Assembly: GCF_026210795.1 (NCBI RefSeq)
Contig: NC_089436.1
Location: 2,356,001 to 2,420,000, forward strand
Reading direction: 5' to 3'
Length of the DNA: 64,000 nt
Source: Rhizophagus irregularis
Taxonomy: Eukaryota
Part shown: positions 62,900 to 64,000 of the stretch, piece after piece
Layout of the letters: each line of letters begins with the position of its first letter
Numbering within the stretch: position 1 is the first letter of the stretch
Program-made: the position numbers and the translations under genes
The notes under the pieces: generated by a model
What the model was told of the DNA's origin: nothing
The model's input: the letters and a program-made list of their open reading frames with translations, nothing else
The model's database searches: none

Positions 62900-64000
62900 A
62901 AATATCTGATGTTTATCCAGAATATATAGAAGAATTTAGTATAAAGATATCTGATTTCAATCCAATTAGTCTTACTGCCTATATACCACAGGTCGAAAAG
63001 TGAAAAATCAGGCATCAATCAGTCACCAATCGGTCACCAATCAGGTACCTGATTGGTGACCGATTGGTGCCTGATTGGCATTTTCGCTCGATCACCAATC
63101 AGGCAGTTTGCTAACTTTTGATCTAGTAATCAGAAAATGATGAAATATAGCTCATTGGAATCGTCTCAACAAGACGAATCTAATGGTAGTAAAATCGCAT
63201 TTCTAGGATTAATACATGATGAGAAATTAAATAAAATATAAAAATGAAAATGTATCATTTATATTTTATTTAATTTTTTATTAACTATTAATCCTAAAGA
63301 TGCGATTTTACTACCATTAGATTCGTCTTGTTGAGACGATTCCAATGAGCTATATTTCATCATTTTCTGATCACTGGATCAAAAGTTAGAAAACTGCCTG
63401 ATTGGTGACGGTATTTGGCGAAAATGCCAATCAGGCACCGATTGGTGCCTGATTTTTCACTTTTCGACCTGTGTACCTTTGCCAGAAACTTAGCCAAAAT
63501 GTAATTAATATTCAAAATAATGATGACTGGTATTTCGGGTGGAGTATTCTAGGAGCTTTGCATCATGTAAAAGTTCATACAGAGAGAAATCCACATCGGC
63601 TATATAGAGGTTTCATGGAGGAAGTTAATATGGAAGACATCCCAATTCCAATACCGGTCTCAATACCAGTTTATAAAAAGTTCGAAGAAAATAATTCTGA
63701 AATCAGTCTATATGTCTATGAATGGCACAATCAGAATGAATGTCTTGAATTTCGCTATGTTTCAGAAAGAAGAGGAGATGAATATAAGCAAGTAAATCTT
63801 CTAGTAATTAGTACGAAAGAAGAAAGAAGTCATTACTGTATTATTAAAGATTTACATAAGCTAGTATACAATCATAGCAAACATAAAGGGCGAAAATACC
63901 TCTGCCGTTATTGTCTCCATATATACTCTTCAGAGATAAAATATAATGAATATTTGCCAAAATGCAAGGGTCTAAATAATACCTCCCAGCGATCACAAAT
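62900..64000 (+). pseudogene. N-terminal region of a Polinton/Maverick(adintovirus)-like protein-primed DNA polymerase B, interrupted by a MITE; continues past the right edge
   Basis: With the MITE removed: ISDFNPISLTAYIPLPE, then a frameshift, then VINIQNNDDWYFGWSILGALH...YKKFEENNSEISLYVY...VNLLVI...SHYCIIKDLHKL...YLCRYCL...C; the frame is open from ~63490 to 64000. No polymerase catalytic motifs lie inside the window. Confidence 0.6.
62987..63473. mobile_element. CACTA/CMC-type palindromic MITE, 487 bp, inserted in the polymerase-like ORF
   Basis: TIR CACAGGTCGAAAAGTGAAAAATCAGGCA at both ends; 3-bp TSD TAC at 62984-62986 and 63474-63476; CACCAATC subterminal repeats. Confidence 0.9.

Overview
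Eukaryotic, very AT-rich DNA with many short GT-AG introns. The gene set and repeat families look like an arbuscular mycorrhizal fungus (Glomeromycotina, Rhizophagus-like); this is inferred, not proven. The window has three parts. (1) Bases 1-4.5 kb hold a decayed, intron-containing transposase gene with RAG1/Transib-type catalytic and zinc motifs and an N-terminal FYR-like domain. (2) Bases 4.9-28.1 kb are a compact housekeeping block: SF3B1, NOP16, RPL17, RMT2, a NUDIX hydrolase, ataxin-3, a bZIP factor, a Skg3/Caf120-like PH protein, a CLIP-170-like protein and an alkaline ceramidase, including three consecutive head-to-head pairs. (3) Bases 28-64 kb are a nested DNA-transposon region with pogo-like, hAT-like and CACTA-like MITEs (TSDs readable), a 5.3-kb DD34E element with a cargo gene, a truncated CACTA/EnSpm element, a young Ginger element and a Polinton/Maverick-like polymerase fragment at the right edge. 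The most striking observation is that the ~1.27-kb TIRs of the Ginger element are arrays of complete splice units pointing inward from both ends: a hairpin-presented TACTRAC branch point, poly-T/AG, a 24-nt micro-exon and a GTAAAT donor. Also notable is a GTCTC-N3-GAGAC palindromic module shared by MITEs of different superfamilies. Coordinates and exon boundaries were read by eye and may be off by a few bases; no database searches were run.
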